Below, piece after piece: positions 28,337 to 37,740 of a stretch of DNA of 44,549 nt; position 1 is the stretch's first letter, and each line of letters begins with the position of its first letter. Source of the DNA: Defluviitaleaceae bacterium. GTDB lineage: Bacteria > Bacillota > Clostridia > Lachnospirales > WRAX01. The position numbers and the translations under genes are program-made. The stretch spans positions 1 to 44,549 of the forward strand of contig WQZZ01000003.1 of NCBI GenBank assembly GCA_009780485.1, read 5' to 3'. The notes beneath the pieces are model-generated. The model was not told the origin of the DNA. It searched no databases and was given only the letters and a program-made list of their open reading frames with translations.

Positions 28337-28470
28337 TTTAATTTCCCTTCCTTTGTGGATATTCAATTACAGCAACCATAGATTAACTGTCCGAAAAATC
28401 GGTTCGCAATAAATCTCCGATTACTACCAAAGGGCAGTATAACATATTTCCCAAAAATGTGCAAGAGTTT

Positions 28471-29037
28471 TTATTGCATTTCTATCAAAAGAATAACAAT
28501 TTCCGTATTTGGCTCAATTGCCAGATAAATATCTATGTTTCTAAGGGTTTGTTGTACCAGAGAAAAGTTTTCCTCTGTAATTTGTATGGTAATGTAAGTT
28601 CCCACATCTGCTTCTGCGATTGTTGCTATACCTTCTGGCAGACTCTCAACTTCAGCAATGGCAGGGGCCAAATCGTCCAGCCAAAGGGTTGTGGTTACAA
28701 AACTTGTGTGAGAATCGTACCACATCTGACCGACGTCTCTTGGGGTAGGCATTGGCATGGGGAGGATTTCTCCATCTGCAAAGGTGGCTGGTGCGACACT
28801 TTCATAGGGAGGTGTCGGGCTTTGGTTCCAAAGGTTAAACCAAAAAACAAAAACAAAAACCGCCGCCGCCGCAGCTCCAACAGGCTTTACCAAACGTAAA
28901 GCGGACTTTTTACGCCTCTGCGCCCTAACACTTTGCATAATTTTGGTGTGCAAACCTTGGGGTAAGTCGTGGTCAGGCAAATCCGCCAGTAATTGCTCTA
29001 TTTTCACTTGCTCATTATTGTTGTTTTCCATCATCAA
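28471..29037 (-). CDS. Putative anti-sigma factor
   Basis: LPQGLHTKIM followed by a single TM. Directly downstream of an ECF sigma. Confidence 0.7.
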   Translation of the reverse strand: MMMENNNNEQVKIEQLLADLPDHDLPQGLHTKIMQSVRAQRRKKSALRLVKPVGAAAAAVFVFVFWFNLWNQSPTPPYESVAPATFADGEILPMPMPTPRDVGQMWYDSHTSFVTTTLWLDDLAPAIAEVESLPEGIATIAEADVGTYITIQITEENFSLVQQTLRNIDIYLAIEPNTEIVILLIEMQ

Positions 29038-29043
29038 TCACCT

Positions 29044-29607
29044 CTAATAATTTTGACGCAAGCCGCCCCCGTTTTGTTCCGATAAAATTGTTTTAAGTTT
29101 TGCACGTCCACGAAATAGGCGTGACTTCACTGTTCCTACGGGCAATTGTAAAATTTCTGCCACTTCCTCATAACTATATCCGTGAATGTCTCTAAGGGCG
29201 ATTAAAGCACGGTATTGGGGTGGTAATTTTGCCAAGGTCACTTCTAAATGTTGACCCAATTCTTTGCGAACCAGCAAATCCTCTGGTCCTTCGGATTGCT
29301 CTACAAGCTCTGCCCCTATTTCTTCCATCACTTCTAGCGAGTCTGTATGTTTGCCCTTGTTGCGACGTAACATATCCATGCAGGTGTTATGGGTAATTCG
29401 TGCAATCCACGCTTTCAAAAGCTCCTCGCCACGACAACTTTTCAGGTTACGGTATATTTTTAGTGCCACTTCCTGCGTAATATCCTCCGCATCTTCGTTG
29501 TTACCCATGGTGCGTCTTGCAAGGTTGTAAATTAACTTTTCATATTTAATCAAAATTTCCTCAAAGGCTGCCATGTTACCACTTTGTGCCTTTTCTAGTA
29601 AATTCAT
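29044..29607 (-). CDS. ECF sigma factor (SigW-like)
   Basis: DAEDITQE, AWIARITHNTCMD, YEEVAEILQLPVGTVKSRLFRGR. Confidence 0.92.
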   Translation of the reverse strand: MNLLEKAQSGNMAAFEEILIKYEKLIYNLARRTMGNNEDAEDITQEVALKIYRNLKSCRGEELLKAWIARITHNTCMDMLRRNKGKHTDSLEVMEEIGAELVEQSEGPEDLLVRKELGQHLEVTLAKLPPQYRALIALRDIHGYSYEEVAEILQLPVGTVKSRLFRGRAKLKTILSEQNGGGLRQNY

Positions 29608-29621
29608 TTGACAGCCCCCCT

Positions 29622-30797
29622 CTATTTTTGCAATGCAACATAAAAAAGTTTTTTAGGAAGTTCGCCTTCCTCAAACTTGATGATTTCTAGTGCTTGGAAG
29701 TCTTTCGATAGTTGGTTAATTTGCTGCGTGCCGAGAAAATGGACGATAAACCCACCGACTTCGTATAGCCCCTCTCTGTGATAAGTCCCTGTACCAAAGT
29801 GGGCATCACTGGTGTTTCTGGTAGTAAAAATGTTGATGCCCTGTGGTTTTAACACCCTCAAAATCTCTTTGTTGATGTTTTCTAGCTGGTTCATGGTAAA
29901 TGCCATACAAAAAAACATATGAGAATAGCAAGCGTCAAAAATACTATCATTAAATGGAAGCTTCTGTCTGGCATCATGCTTGGTTGTGGTTATCAGATGG
30001 GAAAGTCCCAGAGATTGTGACCTTTCCTGTATTGCATCTAAGCCTTTGTCCGAATAGTCCAGAACATGGACATTGAAGCCCTGCTCTGCAAAAAATATTG
30101 CATCACGCCCTTGTCCGCCACCCAACTCCAGAATACTCTTTACGCCATTTGCTTTGAAAAATTCCGCCGCTTTCACGGCAGACCAACTGGGGTTTGTACC
30201 GAATTTATTGCAGTTGTCGGCATATACTTGTTCCCAATGGGCTTTCTGCTCATTTAACGCTTTGTTTTCATCCTCTATAATTAGATTTAACAAAGCGATA
30301 TCCCTTTCCATTACAAGTTTCAACACCGTATTATTGCGTTCGTCTTTGTGGGAATATGTTTTGTTTTCACGCTGATTAATTATGGTGTTCAAAACTTCGC
30401 CCAAACCGTGCCACTCCACTCTTGTTTCGCTGTCGATTTCATATTGCTCCAAAGAAGGTTCACCCTTCTCCCCAACCACCTTAGCCAGAAAGCAAGTGGA
30501 CACACTGTACCAGTCGTGTAACAGGCTATTTTCCTCTACAACACCAAGACAATCAATTATCTCACAATGGCAACCCGTTTCCTCTAAAATTTCCCGTAAA
30601 ACCGCCTGTTCCTCGGTTTCTCCATCTTCCACGCCACCCCCTGGCAATGTGTAAAAGTTAAAAATCCCAACACAAATTGTTGCCACGAGACCATCATCAT
30701 CCAGCAACACTGCCGAAACCCGCTGATGGGGTTTCCTATCACAAAACCCTGATATGCCAAAAATATCGCTGTCTGTGAAGCGTTTTAGCAACTTCAT
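29622..30797 (-). CDS. NUDIX + class I SAM methyltransferase fusion
   Basis: Nudix box PGGGVEDGE...REILEETG. Methyltransferase motif I ILELGGGQGRD and RVLKPQG. Confidence 0.8.
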   Translation of the reverse strand: MKLLKRFTDSDIFGISGFCDRKPHQRVSAVLLDDDGLVATICVGIFNFYTLPGGGVEDGETEEQAVLREILEETGCHCEIIDCLGVVEENSLLHDWYSVSTCFLAKVVGEKGEPSLEQYEIDSETRVEWHGLGEVLNTIINQRENKTYSHKDERNNTVLKLVMERDIALLNLIIEDENKALNEQKAHWEQVYADNCNKFGTNPSWSAVKAAEFFKANGVKSILELGGGQGRDAIFFAEQGFNVHVLDYSDKGLDAIQERSQSLGLSHLITTTKHDARQKLPFNDSIFDACYSHMFFCMAFTMNQLENINKEILRVLKPQGINIFTTRNTSDAHFGTGTYHREGLYEVGGFIVHFLGTQQINQLSKDFQALEIIKFEEGELPKKLFYVALQK

Positions 30798-30813
30798 ATA
30801 ACAACCCCCCAAC

Positions 30814-32649
30814 TTACCCAAAAAATTCCTCATACCAAAGCAAAAACATATAAATCGTCCAAATTTTACGGCTGTTGTCTACTTTACCAAGGCGGTGGGC
30901 ATCCAGCAAAGAAGTCAGTTTATCAACTCGGAAAAACTCCTGTGCCACCGCACTTTCAAAGGTCTTTTTAACACGAGAATAATAAGCATCGTCTTTCAGC
31001 CAAAGGCGTATAGGCACAGGAAACCCAAGCTTCTTTTTCTGCGACCACTTTGGCTGAAGATACTTTGCCGCAACCAACCTAAAGGCGTATTTCGTTACCT
31101 TTTTCGTAACCCTAAATTCTGTAGGCAATTGGGACGCAACAGCAAAAACTTCCTTGTCCATATAAGGCACACGCCCTTCCAGTGAATGTGCCATGGTCAT
31201 CTTATCAGCTTTCAGCAAAATATCTCCCACAAGCCATGTGTGAATGTCCAAAAACTGCATTTTCGTAACATCGTCATAACCTACCGTCTTTGCGTAAATC
31301 GGAGCGGTTACGCTTCGGGTGGTAGGCTCGCCTGTTCCTATACGCAAAATGTTACGTCGCTCTGCTTCACTGAAAATTTTGGCATTACCTATATAACGCT
31401 CCTCCAAATCCATAGAACCACGCAAAAGAAAGTTGCGACCACGAAAAGCTGGCAATTTACCAGCAACCTTGCCGATGCCACGGCGTAAAAACCTAGGCAA
31501 CACAGAAATTGGTCGCACAGATTTTGGCTCTTGGTAAATATTATAACCACCAAACAATTCATCCGCACCTTCGCCACTCAAAACCCCTTTAACGTGTTGA
31601 CTTGCCACTTGGCTGACAAAATATAAAGCAATGGCAGCGGGGTCTGCCAAGGGTTCATCCATATGATATTGTATCTTGCCCAAATTATCCCAATATTCTG
31701 CCGTTGAGATAATTTTGCTATGGTTTACAATCCCCAAATCCTTAGACAATTCCTCGGCATAACCAATCTCATTGTAACCCTCATAATCAAAACCAACTGT
31801 AAATGTCGCATCCCCACCAAACCGTGCGGCAACAAGACTAGAATCCACCCCGCTGGACAAAAACGAGCCAATCGGCACATCAGACACCAAATGAGCCTTT
31901 ATAGACCCCCCCACAACCTCATCAATCTGCTCCACTGCTGAATTTAAGGCACTTTCACGCTCCGACTTGGATACCTTACGGGATGCCGAAAATTCCGCTT
32001 GCCAATACCGCTCAATCTGCACTTCTCCATTCTTAAATCTCATAAAATGGGCAGGCGGAAGCTTATGAACCCCCTTCAACATACATTCATCCAAAACCGA
32101 ATATTGAAAAGACAAATAAGCAGACAAAGCATCAAGGTTAATTTCCTTCACAAAATCTGGATGTTCCACCAAAGATTTAATTTCAGACCCAAACAGCAAT
32201 TCGCCGCCAAAAATGCCGTAATAAAAGGGCTTTATACCAAAATAGTCACGGGCAACAAAAAGCTCACCTATGTCACGGTCGTGGATGACAAAGGCAAACA
32301 TCCCCCGCAGTTTATTCAACATTTCGCTACCATATGTGGCGTAAAGGTTCAGCAAAACCTCGGTATCACTATTAGTCGTAAAGCTGACACCTTGCCCTTG
32401 CAATTCCTCCCGCAAGGTTTCATAATTATAAATCTCGCCATTAAAAACAATTGTATATCGACCATCCGCCGTGGTCATTGGCTGGTTGCCATGCTCCAAA
32501 TCCAAAAACGCCAGACGGCGAAAACCAAAATTTACCCCATCCGCCGTAAAATAACCCTCGCCATCAGGTCCACGGTGGGCAATTTTATCAGTCATAGCCT
32601 TCAAAACGGCGTTGTTTTCACGCCCTGTAAATCCTGTAAATCCGCACAT
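30814..32649 (-). CDS. asnB: Asparagine synthase (glutamine-hydrolysing)
   Basis: MCG N-terminus, HRGPD, FNGEIYN, SSGVDSS, SGEGADELFGGY. Confidence 0.95.
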   Translation of the reverse strand: MCGFTGFTGRENNAVLKAMTDKIAHRGPDGEGYFTADGVNFGFRRLAFLDLEHGNQPMTTADGRYTIVFNGEIYNYETLREELQGQGVSFTTNSDTEVLLNLYATYGSEMLNKLRGMFAFVIHDRDIGELFVARDYFGIKPFYYGIFGGELLFGSEIKSLVEHPDFVKEINLDALSAYLSFQYSVLDECMLKGVHKLPPAHFMRFKNGEVQIERYWQAEFSASRKVSKSERESALNSAVEQIDEVVGGSIKAHLVSDVPIGSFLSSGVDSSLVAARFGGDATFTVGFDYEGYNEIGYAEELSKDLGIVNHSKIISTAEYWDNLGKIQYHMDEPLADPAAIALYFVSQVASQHVKGVLSGEGADELFGGYNIYQEPKSVRPISVLPRFLRRGIGKVAGKLPAFRGRNFLLRGSMDLEERYIGNAKIFSEAERRNILRIGTGEPTTRSVTAPIYAKTVGYDDVTKMQFLDIHTWLVGDILLKADKMTMAHSLEGRVPYMDKEVFAVASQLPTEFRVTKKVTKYAFRLVAAKYLQPKWSQKKKLGFPVPIRLWLKDDAYYSRVKKTFESAVAQEFFRVDKLTSLLDAHRLGKVDNSRKIWTIYMFLLWYEEFFG

Positions 32650-32675
32650 ATCTTTCTCCTTTGTATCGTCCGTGG

Positions 32676-33134
32676 CTACACCAGTCCGTCAAACCCCGTT
32701 TGTCTTAGGGCTTCATATAAGATTATACCCACAGAAACAGACAAATTTAACGACCGCCCATCACTTTTCATAGGAATTGTAATAATTTGGTCGGGGTACT
32801 TATCCAAAACTTGGCGGGGCAACCCCTTGGTTTCCCGCCCAAATATTATAAAGTCATTTAATTGATATTCAACCTCATCATAACGCTTTGTACCGCCAGT
32901 TTCCGCCAAAAACACCCTAGCATTGGGGTTTTGGCTCAAAAAGTCGTCAAAATCCTTGTATTCTGTAATGTCGATTTGTTTCCAATAATCCAGCCCGCTT
33001 CGCTTTAGGCTTTTTTCGTCCATAAAAAAGCCCAGAGGGTGAATTAAATGAAGCTTTGCCCCCGTCAAAAGGCAGGTGCGTCCCACCGCCCCTGTGTTGT
33101 GTGGGATTTCTGGTTCGTGCAAAACAATATTCAC
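32676..33134 (-). CDS. trmL: tRNA (cytidine/uridine-34 2'-O)-methyltransferase
   Basis: PEIPHNTG, RSGLDYW, FGRETKGL, RSLNLS. Confidence 0.95.
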   Translation of the reverse strand: MNIVLHEPEIPHNTGAVGRTCLLTGAKLHLIHPLGFFMDEKSLKRSGLDYWKQIDITEYKDFDDFLSQNPNARVFLAETGGTKRYDEVEYQLNDFIIFGRETKGLPRQVLDKYPDQIITIPMKSDGRSLNLSVSVGIILYEALRQTGFDGLV

Positions 33135-33220
33135 GTTACAGCCCCCGTCAATGGTTTAATCTGCCACTCAGCATAACACAAACGGACAAGGGTTTCAAGT
33201 GGAATTTTATATGCGGGTGT

Positions 33221-33292
33221 TTTGGTGTGGACGGGCAATGCCTGCCCACACCAAAAACAAACCCCTCCATCGACAGTTGCGTGGAGGGGTTT
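33221..33292. repeat. REP-derived hairpin plus companion hairpin
   Basis: TTTGGTGTGGACGGGCA/TGCCTGCCCACACCAAA and AAACCCCTCCA/TGGAGGGGTTT. The core of the second also occurs at 1137-1158 and 1531-1552. Confidence 0.65.
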
Positions 33293-33298
33293 GGTATG

Positions 33299-33396
33299 GT
33301 AGGGGCGGGCATTGCCCGTCCCAGTTCGACAGGCAATGCCGTACAACCATTGAGATTAGTGCCAGCAGAAATGGGACGGGCAATGCCCGCCCCTAC
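33299..33396. repeat. GTAG-family REP doublet, 98 bp
   Basis: Reverse complement of 1037-1134. Confidence 0.85.
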
Positions 33397-33403
33397 CAGC
33401 ATG

Positions 33404-33544
33404 TTATTGTTCTAGGTCTATGCAAGGTATGATAATTGAGGTTGGAATTGGTAAGGGTTCGCTCTCTTCCTGTGCAATCACAGTAATGCTAGTTGCGGTT
33501 ATCACTAGCAGAGTTAACAGGAGACAAGTTAATTTCTTCTTCAT
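33404..33544 (-). CDS. Secreted propeptide 4 (46 aa) MKKKLTCLLLTLLVITATSITVIAQEESEPLPIPTSIIIPCIDLEQ
   Basis: RBS AGGAG, ATG start, signal-peptide pattern, homologous to propeptides 1-3. Confidence 0.82.
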   Translation of the reverse strand: MKKKLTCLLLTLLVITATSITVIAQEESEPLPIPTSIIIPCIDLEQ

Positions 33545-33562
33545 ATTTTTCAACTCCTAATA

Positions 33563-33709
33563 TTATTGTTCTGTGTCTAGGTCTGGGCAAGGTATAATAA
33601 TTGAGGATGGAATTGCTACGGGTTCGTTTTCTTCCTGCGCAATCACAGTAATGCTAGTTGCGGTTATAACTATCAGGGTCAATAGGAGGAAGGCTAGTTT
33701 CTTCTTCAT
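33563..33709 (-). CDS. Secreted propeptide 3 (48 aa) MKKKLAFLLLTLIVITATSITVIAQEENEPVAIPSSIIIPCPDLDTEQ
   Basis: RBS AGGAGGTG, ATG start, overlaps the regulator 3' end, signal-peptide pattern. Confidence 0.82.
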   Translation of the reverse strand: MKKKLAFLLLTLIVITATSITVIAQEENEPVAIPSSIIIPCPDLDTEQ

Positions 33710-35003
33710 AATCTTCACCTCCTAGCAACATTATTTTGTATAAGTCATCTGACTTGATTTGTATTTCAAGTAACCTTTCCTTGTTTCCAAGTTCGGTGTA
33801 ATGTTTTTCCATCAAATTATATATGTATCTAATTCTGTAGTATTCTTTTGTTTGCATTAAGTGAGGAATTGCTATGTTTTCAATAAAGCGTCGTGATTCA
33901 CTTTCTTCAAGCGTTAGGATATGAGAAAGGGATGTAAAAAGCAAGTAAAAATGGCTGTCATCTTGTGACAATAGTTTTGCAACGGCTATTTCATCTTCGG
34001 CAAATGGGTTTTTTAATGAGATAAAGCAAATTATTTTGTGATATAAAATATCAAGGAAAGAACGTTCTTCTTTTGTTACAAATGTAAAGGCTTCTTCAAA
34101 GTATTCCAATGCTTCTTTGAATTTGTTTTCTTCCATGAGGACACTACCCGAATTTTGCAAGGCTCTTCTCTGGCGTATTCCGTCTCCCAACTTCAATGCT
34201 AGACGCATTGCATCATTTATGTACTTTTTAGCAAGCCCCAAATCTCTCGCCCTAATGTAATTAACACTAAGGTTATTGCTTATAAGCATGGCAAAGTAAT
34301 AAGGCTGCTCCCTGTCCAACAAATTATATGCCGTCTCATATTGAGATATAGCACGAATACACATACCAAGTTTTGAATAACAAACCCCCATATTATAATG
34401 TATCATATGTGCGTGGGGTTTCACTTCAACATAATCAAGCTTGTACGCCGTAGAAAAGTGTTTTAGTGCTTCTTTATAATTTTCTTCAAATATCAAGATA
34501 GTGCCTTTATTAAAATGATAATGGTACTGGTTTTCGGCATTTGCTTCCCCAATCTTTGCTTCTGCTTCCTTTAAGACTGGTATAGCCTTGTCAACCCTGT
34601 TTACGTTAATAAAATATTTAACAAGAACCATATTATAAAGCATAGACAAATCCAAACCAACAGGCAAAACATCATACTTTTCTAAATGAAACTTATCATG
34701 GTATGCCCTTGCATCTTTTAATTTTCCATTACTTATACGGGTTCTCCACAAACGCAAAATCTTTTCAACATCACCATCACCAAATCTATCGGCTGGTTCC
34801 ATTTTGTCTACCTTATAAAATTCTAAAATTTTTCTTATTTGTTCTTTTGTATACTTGTCTTTACCTTTTTCAATCACCTCTATGGTTTTTACATCCCAAC
34901 CTAAAATCTTCGCAACCTCTTCTTGGTTGCCACCCATGGTTTTGTAAATATACTGCACAATAGAAGCAGTAGGCATTTTAAGGTCTAATGGCATACTTAT
35001 CAT
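33654..35003 (-). CDS. HTH-TPR transcriptional regulator (RRNPP-like), 449 aa
   Basis: N-terminal XRE-like HTH (NQEEVAKILGWDVKTIEVIEKG) plus a TPR array. RBS GGAAGGGGG. Confidence 0.85.
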   Translation of the reverse strand: MISMPLDLKMPTASIVQYIYKTMGGNQEEVAKILGWDVKTIEVIEKGKDKYTKEQIRKILEFYKVDKMEPADRFGDGDVEKILRLWRTRISNGKLKDARAYHDKFHLEKYDVLPVGLDLSMLYNMVLVKYFINVNRVDKAIPVLKEAEAKIGEANAENQYHYHFNKGTILIFEENYKEALKHFSTAYKLDYVEVKPHAHMIHYNMGVCYSKLGMCIRAISQYETAYNLLDREQPYYFAMLISNNLSVNYIRARDLGLAKKYINDAMRLALKLGDGIRQRRALQNSGSVLMEENKFKEALEYFEEAFTFVTKEERSFLDILYHKIICFISLKNPFAEDEIAVAKLLSQDDSHFYLLFTSLSHILTLEESESRRFIENIAIPHLMQTKEYYRIRYIYNLMEKHYTELGNKERLLEIQIKSDDLYKIMLLGGEDYEEETSLPPIDPDSYNRN

Positions 35004-35064
35004 TATGTAACAACCCCCTTCCAAAAAATTCTGTAAATATAACACTTATTTACTATCTAAGCAC

Positions 35065-35093
35065 AATATACCACACCATCCGACCCATGTCAA
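35065..35093 (-). promoter_or_regulatory. sigmaA promoter of the HTH-TPR gene
   Basis: TTGACA-17-TATATT with TG, conserved at 44199-44227. Confidence 0.75.
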
Positions 35094-35206
35094 GAAAAAT
35101 TTACAATTTTTTTGAATTTTTTTTCGACAATTTTTTTGGCTTAAAATCCTCTTTACAAATTGATGCCTTTGGTGTAACATTAAAGGCGAAAGGGTGGCGA
35201 ACGCCT

Positions 35207-35980
35207 ATGAAAGAAAATGACACCGTAAAGGTTGCCGTTGCCGCTGGGGAAATTATGCTGTCGGCTGGGGCAGAAACCATGCGTGTGGAAGAAACCATGT
35301 ACCGCATGATGGAAGCTAAAGGGCTTACGGAAATAGAGTCCTTTTGCACCACAACGGGCATCTTCGCCTGTGCCACAGGAAGCGATGACGAGGTTGTAAC
35401 CGTTATCAAGCGTGTAAAAGTGCGTGATAATAATTTGGAGAAGATTGCCAAGGTAAACGAGCTGTCACGTTGTTTTGTGGAAGGGCGTTTGGACGAAAAA
35501 ACCGCAATGAAAGAATTGAATAATATTCGTCATTTGCTGCCATATCCCAATTTGTTGCGGATTGTTGCGGCGGCGGTTGCCAGCCTTTGTTTTGCTTATA
35601 TGTTTGGTGGTACGTGGGTAGATGCTGTAAACACCTTAATTACGGCAGCCCTAATGCAAGTTCCTGTGATATTTTTGGAGCGTCGGCGGGTTGTGCCTAC
35701 CCTTGTAACTATTGCGGGGGGTGCTTTTGGTACGTTGTTTGCACTTACTTTACTTAATCTCGGCATTGGCGAGAATGTGGAGTTTATTATAACAGGGGCG
35801 ATTATGCCTCTTGTGCCTGGTGTTGCCCTTACCAATGCCATACGTGACATTTTGGATGGTAATATGCTGGCGGGGTCGGCACGTACTTTGGAAGCACTGT
35901 TAACCGCTGTTGCCATTGCTGCTGGTGTTGGTGTTGTACTTACCTCTTGGATGGCTGTGTTTGGGGGTGTTTTCTGGTGA
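35207..35980 (+). CDS. ThrE-family threonine/serine exporter subunit
   Basis: GAETMRVEET, VNELSR, PLVPGVALTNAIRD. Confidence 0.9.
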   Translation: MKENDTVKVAVAAGEIMLSAGAETMRVEETMYRMMEAKGLTEIESFCTTTGIFACATGSDDEVVTVIKRVKVRDNNLEKIAKVNELSRCFVEGRLDEKTAMKELNNIRHLLPYPNLLRIVAAAVASLCFAYMFGGTWVDAVNTLITAALMQVPVIFLERRRVVPTLVTIAGGAFGTLFALTLLNLGIGENVEFIITGAIMPLVPGVALTNAIRDILDGNMLAGSARTLEALLTAVAIAAGVGVVLTSWMAVFGGVFW

Positions 35981-36411
35981 TTGTTGGTCTTGTTTTGGCG
36001 GCTGTGGCAACGATGGGTTTTTCTGTGATTTTTAATGTGCCACGGCGAGAGCTGGTTTTTTGTGGCGGGGTTGGTGCTGTGGTTTGGCTTGTGTTTGGCA
36101 TCATAACCCACTTTTTGCCAGAAGGGACAGTTGCCGCTACGTTTTTTGGTGCGATGACCGCAACCGCTTTGGGTCGGTTTTTAAGTGCCATTCGCAAAAT
36201 GCCGTCCACTGTGTATATGATACCAGGTATTATACCGCTTGTTCCTGGTGTTGCCATTTACCGTACCATGTTTTATGTGGTTACAGGGGAGCATATGCTG
36301 GCGGTTGCCCAAGGGGTGTATGCCCTGTCTTTGGCGGGGGTTATATCTGTGGGTGTGCTAATTATCCTGTCTTTGCCACGCAAAATATTCTCGATAGGGA
36401 AGGGGACTTAG
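35977..36411 (+). CDS. ThrE_2-family exporter subunit
   Basis: FSVIFNVP and PGIIPLVPG. GTGA overlap with the upstream gene. Confidence 0.88.
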   Translation: MIVGLVLAAVATMGFSVIFNVPRRELVFCGGVGAVVWLVFGIITHFLPEGTVAATFFGAMTATALGRFLSAIRKMPSTVYMIPGIIPLVPGVAIYRTMFYVVTGEHMLAVAQGVYALSLAGVISVGVLIILSLPRKIFSIGKGT

Positions 36412-36461
36412 TTGTTGGAAGTATTGTTGATTTTAGAAATAAAAGTCTAGGAGGAATAGAA

Positions 36462-37688
36462 ATGAAAAACAATGTAATTGTTGGACAGTCAGGTGGACCA
36501 ACCGCCGTGATAAACTGTAGCCTTGCAGGGGTTTTTTCGACCGCAGTGGCAAACCCCAAAATGGGTAAGGTGCTGGGTATGCGTAATGGCGTGCAAGGTC
36601 TTTTAGAGCGCCGTGTAATTGATATGGGGGAGCATCTGCGTCGTGATATTGACGTGGAGGTGCTGAAGCGCACGCCCTCGTCGTTCCTTGGTTCTTGTCG
36701 TTATAAACTGCCAAATCCAGAGCAGAATGAAGATGTTTTCGCCAAATTGTTTGGTATTTTGGATGAGCTTGATGTGGGTTACTTCTTTTATATAGGTGGT
36801 AATGACTCCATGGACACCATTATGAAGCTTTGTGCCTATGGCGAGAAAATTGGTAGTAATATCCGTTTTATTGGTGTTCCGAAAACTATTGATAATGATT
36901 TGGCTGTTACCGACTCCAGCCCTGGATTTGGTTCTGCGGCGAAGTATGTGGCAACAACCACAAAAGAGCTGATTTTGGATGCACAAGTGTATAATAACGG
37001 AGCTGTAACCATCGTTGAAGCCATGGGGAGAAACACTGGTTGGCTTGCTGCCGCTGCGTCCCTTGCTAAAGGGACGGATTCCCCTGGTCCTGACCTAATT
37101 TTCTTGCCAGAAATCGCTTTTAATATGGATGATTTTTTGGATAAAGTGTCGGTTCTTGCCCAGAGCCATAGCCCGACCATCGTTGTGTCAGAAGGTATCA
37201 AACTGGCTGATGGAAGGTATATAAGCGAGCTTGGGCGGGATAATGTTACAAGTGACGCTTTCGGTCATATCCAACTAACAGGGACAGCCGCATATTTGGC
37301 GGCACAAGTTCGCAGTAAGCTTGGGGCAAAAACCCGTGCAATTGAGTTTTCTATTATGCAACGCTGTGCCGCTCACATCCAATCCGCCAGCGATGCGGCA
37401 GGGGCATTTGCTGTGGGGTCTCACGCTGTGAGGGCTGCTGCTGATGGGGAGACCAACCGTGTAATTATCATCAACCGCTTAAACAGCACCCCCTACGCTT
37501 TCGAGACCTGTGCCATGGAAATTGTAAAAATGGCAAATATAGAAAAAACTGTTCCGCTGGACTGGATAACTTCCACCAAAGACTATGTAACTGGGGACTA
37601 TATCGACTACGCCAAACCCCTAATTCAAGGGGAGGTTGCTCCGTTTTATGTGGATGGCACACCACGCCATATCCGCACCGCAAAGTAA
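36462..37688 (+). CDS. pfp: Phosphofructokinase, probably PPi-dependent
   Basis: GQSGGPTAVIN, GGNDS (Asp at the PPi-specificity position), PKTIDND, MGR. Confidence 0.85.
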   Translation: MKNNVIVGQSGGPTAVINCSLAGVFSTAVANPKMGKVLGMRNGVQGLLERRVIDMGEHLRRDIDVEVLKRTPSSFLGSCRYKLPNPEQNEDVFAKLFGILDELDVGYFFYIGGNDSMDTIMKLCAYGEKIGSNIRFIGVPKTIDNDLAVTDSSPGFGSAAKYVATTTKELILDAQVYNNGAVTIVEAMGRNTGWLAAAASLAKGTDSPGPDLIFLPEIAFNMDDFLDKVSVLAQSHSPTIVVSEGIKLADGRYISELGRDNVTSDAFGHIQLTGTAAYLAAQVRSKLGAKTRAIEFSIMQRCAAHIQSASDAAGAFAVGSHAVRAAADGETNRVIIINRLNSTPYAFETCAMEIVKMANIEKTVPLDWITSTKDYVTGDYIDYAKPLIQGEVAPFYVDGTPRHIRTAK

Positions 37689-37740
37689 TTTCAACAAAAA
37701 ACTGCCACCGATTAGCTCGGGGCAGTTTTTTGTTGAAATT
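37687..37740. terminator. Bidirectional terminator
   Basis: AATTTCAACAAAAAACTGCC/GGCAGTTTTTTGTTGAAATT perfect 20-bp stem between convergent genes. Confidence 0.85.

Noticed and set aside
31999-32865. 288-aa + strand ORF and other long antisense ORFs (e.g. 23085-23723, 5510-5995)
   Set aside because: Shadow frames opposite well-supported genes (asnB/trmL, ecfT, the membrane protein).
33404-33709. AgrD-type thiolactone autoinducer or RiPP precursor
   Set aside because: No AgrB, histidine kinase or modifying enzyme is nearby. A Sec-type signal next to an HTH-TPR gene fits RRNPP better. Cys modification stays open but is unsupported.
36060-36461. N-terminal extension of the phosphofructokinase ORF
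   Set aside because: It overlaps the ThrE_2 gene. The AGGAGG RBS and family homology place the start at 36462.
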